DNA of 63,218 nt, filler included, from Basidiobolus ranarum (taxonomy: Eukaryota): assembly GCA_040143965.1 (NCBI GenBank). It is 25 parts of 25 records of this genome, joined end to end, with 100 filler letters (N's around TTAATTAATTAA, not from the genome) between each part and the next. Parts side by side here need not be neighbours in the genome. Positions count along the whole stretch, not along the records: positions 60,798 to 63,218 come from JASJQH010003356.1; 24 more parts are not named here. The stretch is one strand, 5' to 3'. A program made the position numbers and the translations under genes. The notes beneath the pieces were generated by a model that did no database searches, had not been told where the DNA came from, and saw nothing but the letters and a program-made list of their open reading frames with translations. This document shows, piece after piece, positions 62,789-63,218 of the stretch (the first letter of the stretch is position 1; each line of letters opens with the position of its first letter).

Positions 62789-63218
62789 AAATCTTCCTCC
62801 TTCTGAATGGTATATGAATCACAATATTTTGATACCATCTGTCATAGCTGAATCAAAATCACCAGTGTTCATAGATAACTTCCTGGAGCCTCTGAATGTG
62901 GAATTTGAATTGCTATTTATTGGGGTTCAGATGGTGAATATTTTAATAAAACTAGTCTCATTGTATGTATTGGTGACACTCCTGCCTTCAGTTAACTTGG
63001 AGGTTTTTGTGGGCACAATGCACTATCTTGCTGTAGATTTTGTCAAATCAATGGAGTCTACTCAATCAAGCATACACATTACTACTATCCAAATACAAAA
63101 CTAAACTCCACAATTTTACCATCAAGAGCCCAGTCAGATATCAATATTATACTTGATATTGGTACACTAAATAGTCAGTTTAACATCAAACTTGTTATTA
63201 GCCATAAGCCTAAGATTA
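62789..63218 (+). mobile_element. CMC transposase fragment (host of the Copia-B insertion)
   Basis: IDNFLEPLNVE, GDTPAFS and GHNALSCCRFC motifs. Confidence 0.85.

Overview
This is not a contiguous locus. It is 25 unrelated eukaryotic contigs of about 2.42-2.44 kb, sorted by decreasing length and joined by 100-nt artificial spacers (44 N + TTAATTAATTAA + 44 N), so adjacency across spacers means nothing. The genes (many with short GT-AG introns) look fungal: Raptor/KOG1, OPI3, beta-carbonic anhydrase, EFL, a secreted trypsin, RKI1, HIR3/Cabin1, actin, glyoxylate reductase, old yellow enzyme and ADE12. EFL points to an early-diverging fungus; Basidiobolus or Entomophthorales is an inference. About two thirds of the contigs are nested, CpG-depleted transposon debris: at least two Ty1/Copia families with a half-tRNA-iMet PBS (GGTTATGAGCCC), a chromodomain Ty3/Gypsy, a PIF/Harbinger-like relic, and many pieces of one CMC/EnSpm DNA transposon. 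The most notable signals are: (1) a 282-bp solo-LTR family, with perfect 5-bp TSDs in both copies, that carries a complete tRNA-like Pol III cassette inside the LTR; (2) a reconstructable ~5.1-5.2 kb CMC element with CCCTAAC termini and a head-to-head transposase plus a long unrecognised ORF2; (3) a Copia family whose LTR consistently ends TG...TA, confirmed by a TSD; (4) an EFL gene missed by the ORF track; (5) direct evidence of repeat-restricted CpG decay. All calls were made by eye; no database searches were run.
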